Source: the human T2T-CHM13v2.0 reference genome, Homo sapiens. From it: a stretch of DNA of 64,000 nucleotides. A program made the translations under genes and the position numbers. Shown here in pieces: positions 1 through 15,000 of the stretch. The first letter of the stretch is position 1. Each line of letters opens with the position of its first letter. The notes beneath the pieces are model-generated. The model did not search any database, was not told the DNA's origin, and saw nothing but the letters and a program-made list of their open reading frames with translations. The DNA lies in assembly GCF_009914755.1 (NCBI RefSeq), contig NC_060931.1. The stretch is one strand, 5' to 3'.

Positions 1-3000
1 ATCATCGAAGGCAATAGAAGGGAAACCTCGAATGGGATTGAACGGAGTCATTGAATGGAATCGAGGGGATTCATCGAATGGATTCAAATGGAATTATCAT
101 CAAATGGAATCAAATGGAATCATCGAATGGACACAAATGGAATCATCATCAAATGGGATTGAATGGAATCATCAAATGGACACGAATGGAATCACCATTG
201 AATGGAAACGAAAGGAATCATTGAATGGCATCGAATGGAATCATCATCGAATAGATTCAAATGGAAAAATCGAATGTACTCGAATGGAAACATCGAATGG
301 ACTCGAGAGTAATCATCATCGAATGGAATCGAATAGTATCATCAAATGGACTCAAATGGAATCCTCATCGAATTGAATCAAATGGAATCACTGAATGGAG
401 TTGAAGGGAATCATCACGGAATGGAATCGAATGGAATCATCGAATGGAGTCGAATGGAATCATCAGGAAGTGGAATTGAATGGAATCACCGAATAGCATC
501 GAATGGCATCATCATCAAATGGAGTCGAATGGAATCATCATTCACTGGAATCAAATGGAATCTTTGAATGGACCCGAATGGAATCATCATCGAATGCAAA
601 CGAATGGAATCATCATCGAATGGAATCGAATGGAATCATCATCGAATGGAATCACATGGAATCATCAAATGGAAAAGAATTGAATAATCATAGAAAGGAA
701 TTGAATAGAATCATCGAATGAAATCGAATGGAATCATCATCAAATGGAATCGAATGGAGTCATCATCGAATGCAATTGAATGGAATCGTCATCGAATGGA
801 ATCGAATGGAACCATCAACGAATGGAATTCAAAGGAATCATCATCGAATGGAACCAAATAATATCATCAAATGGACTTGAATGGAATCATCGAATGGACT
901 CGAAAGGAATCGTCATCGAATGGAATTGAATGGAATCATCGAACAGAATTGAATCAAATCATCATCGAATGAAATCAAAAGGAATCATGGAATGAACTCA
1001 AAGGGAATCATCGAATGCACTCAAAAGGAATCAACATCAAGTGGAATCAAATGGAGTCAAATGGAATAATCAAACGGACTCAAATGGAATCTTTGAATGG
1101 AACCGAAAGGAATCATCATCAAATGGAACCGAAAGGAGTCATCATCGAATTGAATCGCATGGAATCATCATCGAATGGACCTGAATGGAATCATCATCGA
1201 ATGGAACCGAAAGGAGTCATCAACGAATGGACGCGAATGTAATCATCATTGAAAAGACTCGAATGGAATCATCATCGAATGGGTTCGAATGGAATCATCA
1301 TTGAATGGAATCCAATGAAATCATCGAGTGGACTCGAATGGAATCATCATCAACTGGAATTGAATGGAATCATCGAATGGACTTGAATGGAATCATCGGA
1401 GAATGGAATCGAATGGAATTATCGAATGGACTTGAATGAAATTAACTTTGAATGGAATCGAAGGGAATCATCAAATGGAATCGAATGCAATCATCATCGA
1501 ATGGAATCGAATGGAATCATGGAATGGAATCGAATGGAATCACCATTGAATGGACTAAAAAGGAATCATAATTGAATGGAATCGAATGGAATAATCGAAT
1601 GGGCTCGAATGGAATCATCATCGATTGGAATCAAATGGAATCATTGAATGGAATCGAAAGGAATCATCGTCAAATGTAATCAACTGGAAACACTGAATGG
1701 ATTCGAATGGAATCATCATCGAAAATAATCGAATAGTATAATCGAATGGAATGGAATGCAATCAACATCGAATGGAATCGAATGGAATCATAGAATGATA
1801 TTAAATGGAATCATCATTGAATGGAGTCAAAGGGAATCATCATCGAATGGAATGGAAAGCAATCACTGAATGGACTTGAATAGAATCATCAAATGGATTT
1901 GAAGGGAATCCTCATCGAATGGAATAGAATGGAACCATTGAATGGACTTGAATGGAATAATCATCGAATGGAATCAAACGGAATCATCACATGGACTCGA
2001 ATGGAATCATCATCAAATGGGATCATAATCAAATGGAATCAAATGGAATCATCGAATGGACACGAAAGGAATGAACAAATGGACTCGAATGGAAACATCA
2101 AATAGAATCGAATGGAATCATTGAAAGGAATCAAATGGAATTATCGAATGGACTCGAATGGAATCATCGAATGGACACGAATGGAATTATCATCAAATGG
2201 AATCGAATGGATTCATCAAATGGAGTCGAGTGGAATCATTGAATGGACTCGAATGGAATCATCAAATGGACTCCAATGGAATCATCATCAAATGGAATCG
2301 AATGGAATCATCAAATGGACTCGAATGGAATCATCAAATGGAATCAAACCGAATCATGATCGAATGGAATTGAATGGAATCATCTAATGGACCCGAATGG
2401 AATCATCTTTGAATGGAATAGAATGGAACCACCTTTGAATGGAATAGAATGAAATCATCTTTGAATGGAATATAATGGAATCATCATCGAATGGAATCGA
2501 ATGGAATCATGTAATGGACACGAATGGAATCATCATCAAATTGAATAGAAAGGAATCATCACCAAATGGAATCAAATGGAATCATGTAATGGACATGAAT
2601 AGAATCATCATCGAATGGAATTGAATGGAATCATCTAATGTACCTGAATGGAATCATCACTGAATGGAATAGAATGGGATCATCAAATGGAATCGAATGG
2701 AATCTTCATCATATGGAATCGAGTGCAATCATTGAATGGACTCGAATGTAATAATCGCAGAATGGAATTCAATGGAATCATCGAATGGACTCGAATAGAA
2801 TCATCATTGAATGGAATCAAATGTAATCATCTAATGGACCCAAATGGAATCATCATCGAGTGGAATCGAATGGAATCATCGAATGGACTCAAATGGAATC
2901 ATCATTGAATGGAATCGAATGGAATCATCGAATGGACTCAAATGGAATCATCATCGAATGGAATCGAATGGAATCATCGAATGGACTCGAGTGGAATCAT

Positions 3001-6000
3001 CATCGAATGGAATGGAATGGAATCATCAAATGGATTAGAATGGAATCATCATTGAATTAAATCAAATGGAATCATCGAATGGCATCAAATGGAATCATCA
3101 TTGAATGGAATCGAATGAAATGATCTAATGGACTTGAATGGAATCGTCGTTGAATGGAATCAAATGGAAACATCGAATGGACATGAATGGAATCATCATC
3201 GAATGCATTCGAATGGATTCATCATCAAATGTAATCGAATAGAATCATCATCGAATGGAATCGAATGAAATCATCGAATGGAATAGAATGGATTCATCTT
3301 TGAATGGAATAAAATAGAATCATCGAATGCAATCAAATGGAATCATCATTGAATGGAAACGATTGGAATCATCATCGAATGGAATTGAATAAAATCATCA
3401 TCAAATGGAATGGAATGGAATCATCGAATGGACACCAATGGAACCATCATCGAATGGAATCGAATGGAATCTTCTAATGGACTCAAATGGAATCAACATT
3501 GATTACAATCGAATGGAATCATCATCAAATGGAATCAAAAGGTATCATCATCAAATGTAATTGAAAGGAATCTTCGAATGCAATAGAATTGAATCATCAT
3601 CGAATGGAATCGAATAGAATCATCGAATGAAATGGAATGGAATCATCATTGAATGGAATCAAATGAAATCATCATCAAATGGAATCAAACGGAATCATCA
3701 TCAAATGGAACCGAATAGAATCATAAACGAATGAAATCAAAAGGAATCATCACTGAAAGGAATCAAATGGAATCATCAATGAATGGAAACAAATGGAATC
3801 ATTGAACGGAATTAAATGTCATCATCATCGAATTGAACCCAATGGAATCATTAAGTGTACTCGAATGGAATCATTGATTTGACTTAAATGGAATCACCAT
3901 CAAATGGAATAGAATGTAATCATCGAATGGAATTGAATAAAATCATAATCGAATGAAATCAAATGGAATCATCGAATGGACTCGAATGGAATCATCATTG
4001 AATGGAATTGAATGCAATCATTGAACAGACTCGAATGGAACCATCATCGAATGGAATCGAATAGAATCATCATCAAATGGAATCGAACAGAATCATCATC
4101 AAATGGAAGCAGATGGACTCATCGAATGGAACAGAAAGGAATCATCATTGAACGGAATCAAATAGAATCATCGAATGAAATCAAATGGAATCATCATCGA
4201 ATGGAATCGAATGGAATCATCATTGAATAGAATTGAAATTAATCATCATTGAATGGAATCCAATGGAATTATGATCTACTGGAATGGAATGGAATCATCA
4301 ACGAATTCAATTGAATGGAGAAATTGATTGGAATCCGTTGGAATCATCATCGAATTTAACCGAATACAGTCATCATCAAATGGAATCGAATGGAGTCATC
4401 ATCAAATGGAATAGAAAGGAATCATGTTTGAATTGAATAGAATGGTATCATCGAATGGAATAGAATGGAATCATCATCGAAAGAAATCAAAGGGAATCAC
4501 CAAATGGAATCGAACGGAATCATCTAATGGAATTGAATGGAGTAATCATCGATTGGAATCAGATGGAATCATTGATTGGTATCAGATGGAATCATCGAAT
4601 AGACTCGAATGGATAATCGAATGGACTTGAATGGAATCATCAAATGGAATCGAATGGAATAATCGATTGGACTCGAATGAAATCATCATCAAATGGTATC
4701 GGATGGAATCAATGAAGTGACTTGAATGGAATCATCGAATGGACACGAATGGAATCATCATCGAATGGACACGAATGGAATCATCGAATGGAATTGAAAG
4801 GAATCATCATGGAATGGAATCGAATGGAGTCATGATCGAATAGAATCGAATGGAATCATCATCGAATGGAATTGAATGGAATCATCATCAAATGGAATCC
4901 AATGGAATCATCAATGAATGGAGTCGAATGGAGTCATCAAATGCCATTCTTTGGAATCATCATCGAATGGAACTGAATGCACTCAGCATCGAATGGAATC
5001 AAATGGTATCATCAAATGGACTCGATGGAATCATCATCACATGGAATCAAATGGAATCATCTAATCGACTTGAATGGAGTTATCTTTCGGTGGAATCGAA
5101 TGGAATCATCGAATGCACTCGAATGGAATCATCATTGAATGGCATTGAAAGGAATCATCAAATGGACTTGAATGGAATCATTGAATGTACTCGAATGGGA
5201 TCATCATCGAATGGAATCGAATGGAATCATCGAATGGTCACAAATGGAATCATCATTGAATGGAATCGAATGGAATCATCGAATGGACACAAATGGAATC
5301 ATCATTGAATGGAATTGAATGGAATCATCGAATGCCATCCAATGGAATCATGATCGAATGGAATCTAATGGCATCATTGAATGGAATCGAGTGGAATCAT
5401 CGAGTGGACTTGAGTGAAATCATCATGGAATGGAATCGAATGTATACATCGAATGGACTCGAACAGAATCATAATTGAATGGAATTTAATTAAATCATAA
5501 TCGCATGGATTCGAATGGAAAAATCATCGAATGGAGTTGAATGGAATCATAATTTAATAGAATCGAATGGAATCACCGAATTGAATCAAATGGAATGATC
5601 ATCGAATAGAATCAAAGGGATTCGTCAAATGGGATCTAAAGGACTCATTGAATGGAATTGCTTGGAATCATCGAATGGATTCCAATGGAATCATCTTCGA
5701 ATGGAATCAAATGGAATCATAGAATGGAATCAGATGGAATCATCAATGAATGGAATAGAATAGAATCATCAAATGAAATCAAATGGAATCATCATCGAAT
5801 GGACTCAAATGGAATCATCATCGAATGGACTCGAATGCAATCATCATAAAATATAATCAAAAGAAATCAACATCGAATGGAATCAAATGGAGACACCATC
5901 GAAATGAATTGAATGGAATCATCATGGAATTGAAATGAATGGACTCATCATCAAATGGATTCCAATGGAATCATTGAAAGGAATTGATTGGAGTCATGAT

Positions 6001-9000
6001 CAAGTGTAATCGAATGGAATCATTGAATGGAATCGAATAGAATCATCATCGAATGGAAACGAATGGAATCATCATAGAATGGAATCGAATGGATTTATTG
6101 AATGGAATGAGATGGAATCATCATTGAATAGAATAGAATAGAATCATTGAAAGAAATCGAATGGAATCATCATTGAATGGACTTGAATAGAATCATCATC
6201 AAATGGACTCCAATGGAATCATCATCCAATGGAATCGAATGCAATCAACATCGAATGGAATCGAATGGAAAAACCATCGAATTGAATCGAATGGAATCAT
6301 CATGTAATTGAAATGAATGGACTCATCATCGAATGGATTCTAATGGAATCAATGAATGGAATTGTTTGGAATCATCATCGAATGGAATCAAATGGAATCA
6401 TTGAAAATAATCGAATGAAATCATCACTGAATGGAATCGAATGGAATCATCAAATGGATTCGAATGCAATCATCGACTGGGCTTGAATGGAATCATGAAG
6501 GAATGGAATCAAATGGAATCATCGAATGGACTCGAATGGAATCATCATCGAATGGAATCAGATGGAATCATCGAATGGCCTTGAATGGAATCATCGAATG
6601 GACTCGAATGGAATCATCATTGAATGGAATTGAATGGAATCATAGAATGGACTCGAATGGAATCATCATCGAATGGATTTGAATGGAATCATCGAGTGAA
6701 ATCGAATGGAATCATCATCGAATGGAACCGAATAGAATCGGTATCGAATAGAATCGAATGGAATCATCATCTAATGGAATCGAATAGAATTTTCTTCAAA
6801 TGGAATTGAATGGAATCATCATCGAAGAGAATCAAATGGGATCATCGAATGAAATCGAATGGAATCACCATCGAAAGAATCGAAGTAAAACAAAGAATGG
6901 AATACAAAGGAATAATCTAATGGAATCGAATGGAATCATCATTGAATGGACTCGAATGGAGTCATCATTTAATGGACTCAAATCGAATCATCATTGAATG
7001 GAATTGAATGGAATCATCTATTGGTCTCGAATGGAATCATCATCGAATGGAATCGAATGGAATCATCATCGACTGGAATTGAATGGAGTCTTTGAGTGAA
7101 ATCGAGTGGAATCATCATCGAATGGAACCAAATAGAATCGGCATCGAATAGAATCAAATGGAATCATCATCCAATGGAATCGAATGGAATTTTCTTCAAA
7201 TGGAATCGAGTGGAATCATCATAGAAGAGAAACGATTGGGATCATTGAATGAAATCGAATGGAATCATCATCAAAAGAATCGAAGTAAAACAAAGAATGT
7301 AACACAAAGGAACCATTGAATGGAATCGAATGGAATCACCATCAAAAAGAATCGAAGTAAAACAAAGAATGGAATACAAAGGAATCATCGAATGGAATCG
7401 AATGGAAGCATCGAATGGAATCATCATTGAACGGAATGGAATGGAATTGTCATCGAATGGAATCGAATGGAATCATCATCGAATGGAATCTAATGGAATC
7501 ATCATGTAATAGAATCTAATGGAATGATCAACGAATGGAAACGAATGGAGAAATCAAATGGAATCCGTTGGAATCATCATCAATGGAATCGAATATAGTC
7601 GTCATCTAATGGACTCGAATGAAATTATCATCGAATGGAATCGAATGGAATCATCAGCAAATGGAATCGAAAGGAAACATTAGGGAATAAAATCGAATGG
7701 AATCATCAAATGGAATGGAATGGAATCATCAAGGAAAGGAATCAAAGGGAATCATCGAATGAAATCGAATGGAATCATTTAACAGAATCAAATGGAATCA
7801 TCATCAAATGGACTCGAATGGAATTATCATCGAATGGAATGGAATGGAATCATCGAATGGACATGAATGGAATCATCATCAAATGGAATCGGATGGAATC
7901 AAAGAAGGGACTTGAAAAGGATCATCGAATGGACACGAATGGAATCATCATTGAATGGAATCGAATGGAATCATTGAATGGATTCGACTGGAATCATCAT
8001 CGAATGGAATCGAATATGATCATCATCAAAAGAAATCCAATGTAATCACTGAATGGACTCGAATATAATGATCAAATGGATGCGAATGGAATCATCAAAT
8101 GGAATTAAATGGAATCACTGAATGGACTCGAATGGAGTCATTGAACAGACTCTAATGAAATCATCATCAAATGGAATCGAATGGAATCATCAAATGGACT
8201 CGAATGGAATCATTGAATGGACTCGAATGAAATCATCGAATGGACTCAAATAGAATCATAATCAGATGGAATCGTATGGAATCCTCAAATAGAAAATAAT
8301 GGAATCATCAAATGGAATCGAACGGTATCATCAACGAATGGAATCAAATAGAATCATTGAATGGAATCGAAGGCAATCATCATCTAATGGAATCTAGTGG
8401 AATCATCGAATGGAATAGAAGTGAATCATCATCAAGTGGAATCGAGTGGAATCTTCAAATGCAATCGAATGGAATCATTGTCAAATGGAATCGAACGGAA
8501 TCAGTGAATTAAATTGAATGGAATCACCAATGAATGGAATCGAATGAAATCATCATCGAATGGAATCGAATGGAATCTTCGAATAGACTCAAACAGAATC
8601 ATCATCGAATGGAATCCTTTGAAATAAACTAATGGGCACGAATAGAATCATCATCTAATGGAACCGAATGGAATCATCTAATGTACTCGAATGGAATCAT
8701 CATTGAATGGAATAGAATGGAATCATCGAATGGAATCGAACAGAATCATCATCATATGGAATTGAGTAGAATCATCGAATGGACCCGAATGGAATCACCA
8801 TCGAATGGAATCATCATCGAATGGAATCAAATGGAATCATCATTGAATGGCATCAAATGGAATCGTCGAATAGAATCAAATGGAATCATCATCAAAAGGA
8901 ATCGAATGGAACCATCGAATGAAATCGAATGGAATCACCATCGAATGGAGGCAAATGGAGTCATCATCGAATGGAATCTACTGGAATCATCAGTTAAGAG

Positions 9001-12000
9001 AATCGAATGGAATCATCGAATGGTATCAAATGGAATCATCAACAAGTAGAATCGAATGGATTCATCTAATGGAATCCCATGGAATAATAATCAAATGGAA
9101 CCGAATGGAATCATTGAATGGACTCGAATGGAATCATCATCGAATGGACTCTAATGGAATCATCATCGAATTGAATCGAATGGTGTCATTTAATGGACTC
9201 AAGAGGAATCATTGAATGGACTTGAATGGAAACATCATCGAATGCAGTCAAATGGAATCATCGAATGGCAACGAATAGCATCATCAATGAATGGAATCTA
9301 AGGGAATAATCAAATGGACTCGAATGGAATAATCGAATGGACTCGAGTGGAATCATCATCATATGGAATCTTCAAATGGACCCGAATGGAATCATCGAAT
9401 GGACTCGAGTGGAATCATCATCATATGGAGTCTTCGAATGGGCTCGAATGGAATCTTCATCAAATGGAATCGAATGGAATCATCAAATGGACTCGAATGG
9501 AATCATTGTCAAATGGAATCTAATGGAATCATCGAAAGGACTTGAATGAAACCATCATCAAATGGGATCGAATGGAATCATCGAATGGCATCTAATGGAA
9601 TCATCATCGAATGGAATGGAATGGAATCATCTAATGGACTTTAATGGAATTATAATCGAATGGTATCGAATGGAATCTATGAATGGACTCGACTGAAATC
9701 TTCATCGAATGCAATCGAATGGAATCATCCTCAAATGGAATCGAATGGAATCATCATCGAATGGAATCGAATGGAATCATCCAATGGAATAGAATTTTAT
9801 CATCATCAAATAGAATCAAAGAGAATCATCGAATGGCATAGAATGGACTCATCATCAAGTGGAATGGAATGTAATCATCGAATGGAATCGAATGGAGTCA
9901 TCATCAATGGAATCAAATGGAAAAATTGAATGGACTCAAATGCAATAACCGAATGGACTCGAATGGAATAATCATCGAATGGAAGAGAATGGAATCATCG
10001 AATGGACTCCAATGGAATTATTATTGAATAGAACAGAATGGAATCATCTAATGAACTCGAATGGAATCATCATCGAATGGACTCAAATGGAATCATCGAA
10101 TGGATTCGAATGGAATCATCATTGAATGGAATCCAATGGAATCATCGAATGGAATCATCATTGAGTGGAATTGAATGGAATCATCGAATGGACTCAAATG
10201 GAATCATCATGGAACTGACTCGAATGGAATTATCATATAATGGATTCAAATGGAATTATCGAACGGACTTGAATGGAATAATTGAATGGACTCGAATGGA
10301 ATCATCATCGAATGGACTCAAATGGAATGATCGAATGGACTCGAATGGAATCATCAATTGGACCCAAATGGAATTATCAAATGGGCTCAAATGGAAATAT
10401 CGAATGGACTCGAATGGAATTATTATCAAATGGAATCAAATGGAATCATTGAAAGGAATCAAACAGAATCATCGAATGGAATCAATCAGAATCGTCATCG
10501 AATGGAATCAAATGGAATCATCGAATGGAAATTAATGCAGTCATCATCAAATGGAATCGAATGGAATCATCTTTAAATAAAATCGAATGGAATTATTGAA
10601 TGGATTCGAATGGAATCAACATCGAATGGAATCGAATGGAATCATCATCAAATAGAATAGAATGGAATCATCGAATGGAATCGAATGGAATCATCATCGA
10701 ATGGAATCGAATGGAATTATTGAATGGAATCCAATGGAATTATCATGGAATGGAATTGAATGGAATCATTAACGAATAGAATCGAATGGAATCATTGAAT
10801 GGTATCATCATCAAATGGAGTCCAATGGAATCATCAAATTGACTCGAATGGAATCATCATCAAATGGATTCCAATGGAATCATCGAATGGAATCGAAAGG
10901 AATCATCATCAAATGTAATCGAATGATATCATCGAATGCACTTGAATGGAATCATCAACGAATGGAATTGAATGGTATCATAGAATGGAATCGAATGGAA
11001 TCATCTTTGAGTGGAATCTAAAGGATTCACTAAGTGGACTCCAATGGAATAATCATCCCATGGAATTGAGTGGAATCATTGAATGTACTCGAATGGTATC
11101 ATCAAATGGAATCGAATGGAATCATTGAATGGATTCGAATGGAATAGTCATCAAATGGAATCAAGTGGAATGATCAAATGGACTCGAATGGAATCATCAT
11201 CAAATGGATTTGAATGGATTCATCGAATACACTCGAATGGAATCATCATCAAATGGAAATGAATGCAATCATCAAATGGACATGAATGGAATCATTTTCG
11301 AATGGAATCACATGGAATCATTGAATGGACTCGAATGCAATCATCGAATGGACCCTAATGGAATCATCATCAAATGGAAAAGAATGGAATCATCAAATGG
11401 ACTTGAATGGAATCATCAAATGTACTCGAATGGAATCATTATCAAATGGAATCAAATGGAATCATCAAAAGGAATCGAATAGAATCATCGAATGGAATTG
11501 ATCAGAATCATCATCGAATGGAATCAAATGGAATCATCATCAAAAGGAATCGAAAAGAATCATCATAGAATAGAATCGAATGCAATCATCGAATGCAATA
11601 GAAGGGAATCATCATCGAATGCAACCAAATAGAATCATCGAATGAAATTGAATGGAATCATCATCGAATGGAATCTAATGGAATCATCACCAAATGGAAT
11701 CGAATGGAATGATCAACAAATGGAATCGCATGGAATCATTGAATGGAAACTAATGGAATCATCATCACATGGAACCGAATGGAGTCATCATGGAATGGAA
11801 TCAAATGGAATCATCATCCAATGGAATCGAATGGTATCACTGATTTGAATGGAATGCTCATCGAATGGAATCAAAGGGAATCATCGAATGGGAGCTAACA
11901 GAATCATCGAATGGAATCGAATGGAATCATCATATGGATTCGAATGGAGTCATCATCAACTGCATTCAAACGGAATCGTCATCGACTGGAATCGAATGGA

Positions 12001-15000
12001 ATCATCATATGTATTCGAATGGAGTCATCATCAACTGCATTAAAACGGAATCGTCATCGACTGGAATCAAATGGAATCATCATCAAATGTTATCACATGG
12101 AATCATCAATGAATGTAATCGAATGGAATCATCAAATGGAGTCAAATTGAATGATCATCGAATAGAATCGAATGGAATCATCAAATGGAATCGAAAGGGA
12201 TCATCCAATGGAATCGAATGGAATCATTGAAGGGACTCGAGTGGAATCATCATCGAATTCAATCTAGCGGAATCATTGAATGGACTCGTATGGAATCATC
12301 ATCAAATGGACTCGTATGGAATCATCGTATGGCATAGAATGGAATCATCATCAAGTGGAATGGAATGTAATTGTCAAATGGACACGAACGGAATCATCAT
12401 CAAATGGAATCGAATGGAGTCTTCGAATGGACTTGATTGGAATCGTCATTGAATGCAATCAAATGGAATTATCATCTAATGAAATCAGATGAAATCATCA
12501 TCAGATTGAAGCGAATGGAATCATCACTGAATGGAATGGAATGGAGTCATCAAACAGAATCAGATGGAATCATCATTGAATGGAATCGAAGAGAAGCATC
12601 AAATGAAATCAAATGGAATCATCAACGAATGGACTTGAATGGAATCATCATCGAATGGACTCGAATGGAATCATCGTCGAATGCATTCGAATGGAATCAT
12701 CATCGAATGGAACTGAATGGAAACATCGTCGAATTGAATCAAATGGAATCATCATGAAATTGAATCGAATGGCTCATGATCGAATGGAATCATCATTGAA
12801 TGGAATCAAATGGAATCATTGAATGGACTCGAATGCAATCACCGAATGGACACAAATGGAATAATCATCAAATGGAATACAATGGAATCATCGAATGGAC
12901 TCGAATGGAATTATGATTGAATGGAACAGAATGGAATCATCGAATGAACTCGAATGGAAACATGATCAAATGGACTCGAATGGAATCATCGAATGGATTC
13001 GAATGTAATCCAATGGAATCATTGAATGGAATCGAATGGAATCATCACAGACTGGAGTTGAATTGAATCATCAAATGGACTCGATCGGAATCATCATGGA
13101 ATGGAATCGAATGGAATTATCAAATGGACTCGAATGGAATCAACTTTGAATGGAATCGAAGGGAATCATCGAAAGGTATCGAATGCAATCATCATCGAAT
13201 GGAAACGAATGGAATCATCGAATGGAATTGAATGGAATCATCATTGAATAGACTCGAATGTAATCATCATCGTATGGAATCGAATGGAATCATCGAATGG
13301 ACATGAGTGGAAGCATCGTCAAATGGAATCAAGTGGAATCATCGAATGGAATCTAATGGAATCATTGTCAAAAGGAATGGAATGGAATCATTGAATGGAA
13401 TCTAGTGGAATCATCAATGAATGGAATCCAATGGAATCATCATCGAATGGAATAGAATGGAATCATGGAATGGACTCGAATGGAATCATCATCGAATGGA
13501 AACCTGTGGAACCATTGAATGAACACGAAATGAATCATAATCGAATGGAATCGAAAGGAATCATCATTGAATGCAATCACATGGAATCATCACCGAATGT
13601 AATCGTACTGAATCATCATGGAATGAAATTGAATGGAATCATCAATTGGACTCGAATGGAATCATCAAAGGGAATTGATTGGAAACGTCGAATGGACTCA
13701 AATGGAATCATCATTGAATGGAATCGAATGAACCATCGAAAGGACTCGAATTGAATCCTAAAATGGACTCGAATGGAATCATCGAATGCACTCCAATGGA
13801 ATCATCATCGAATGGACCCTAACGGAATGATCGAATGGACTCGAATGGAATCACTGAATGGAAATGAATGCAATCATCGATAGGACTCAATTGGAATTAT
13901 CGAAAGGGCTCAAATGGAATCATCAAATGGATTAGAATGTAATCACTATGGAATGGATTCGAATGGAATCATTGAATGGAATTGATCGGAATCATCATCG
14001 AATGGAATCAAATGAAATCATCGAATGGAATTGAATCCAGTCATCATCGAATGGAATCAAATGGAATCATCATTGAATAGAATAGAATGGAATCATCGAA
14101 TGGAATCCAATGGAATCATTATGGGATAGAATCAAATGGAAACACTGAATGGAATCATCATCAAATGGAGTCCAATAGAATCATCAAATTGACTCGAATG
14201 GAATAATCATCAAATGGATTCCAATGGAATCATCGATTTGACTCAAATGGAATCATCAAATGGAATCAAATGATATCATCGAATGCACTTGAATGGAATG
14301 ATCAACGAATGGAATTGAATGGTATCATCGAATGGAATCGAATGGAATCATCTTCGAGTGGAATCTAAAGGAATCACTAAGTGGACTCCAATGGAATAAT
14401 CATCCCATGGAATCGAGAGGAATCATCGAATGTATTCGAATGGTATCATCGAATGGAATCGAATGGAATGATCGAATGGATTCGAATAGAATAGTCATCG
14501 AATGGAATCAAGTGGAATGATCAAATGGACTCAAATGGAATCATCATCAAATGTATTTGAATGGAATCATCGAATACACTCGAATGGAATCATCATTGAA
14601 TGGAAATGAATGGAATCATCAAATGGACATGAATGGAATCATTGTCGAATGGAGTTATATGGAATCATTAAATGGACTCAAATGCAATCATCAAATGGAC
14701 TCGAATGGAATCATGATCGAATGGAATCGAATAGAATCATTGAATGGACTCGAATGGAGTGATCAAAAGGACTCGAAAGGAATTATCGAATGGACTCGAA
14801 TGGAATCATTGAATGGACCCTAATGGAATCATCATCGAATGGAAAAGAAGGGAATCATCATATGGACTCGAATGGAATCATCGAATGGACTCGAAAGGAA
14901 TCATCGAATGGAATCTAAAGGAATCATCATTGAGTGGAATCGAATGGAATCATCGAATAAAATCGAATGTAATCATCCAATGGAATCTAACGGAATAATC

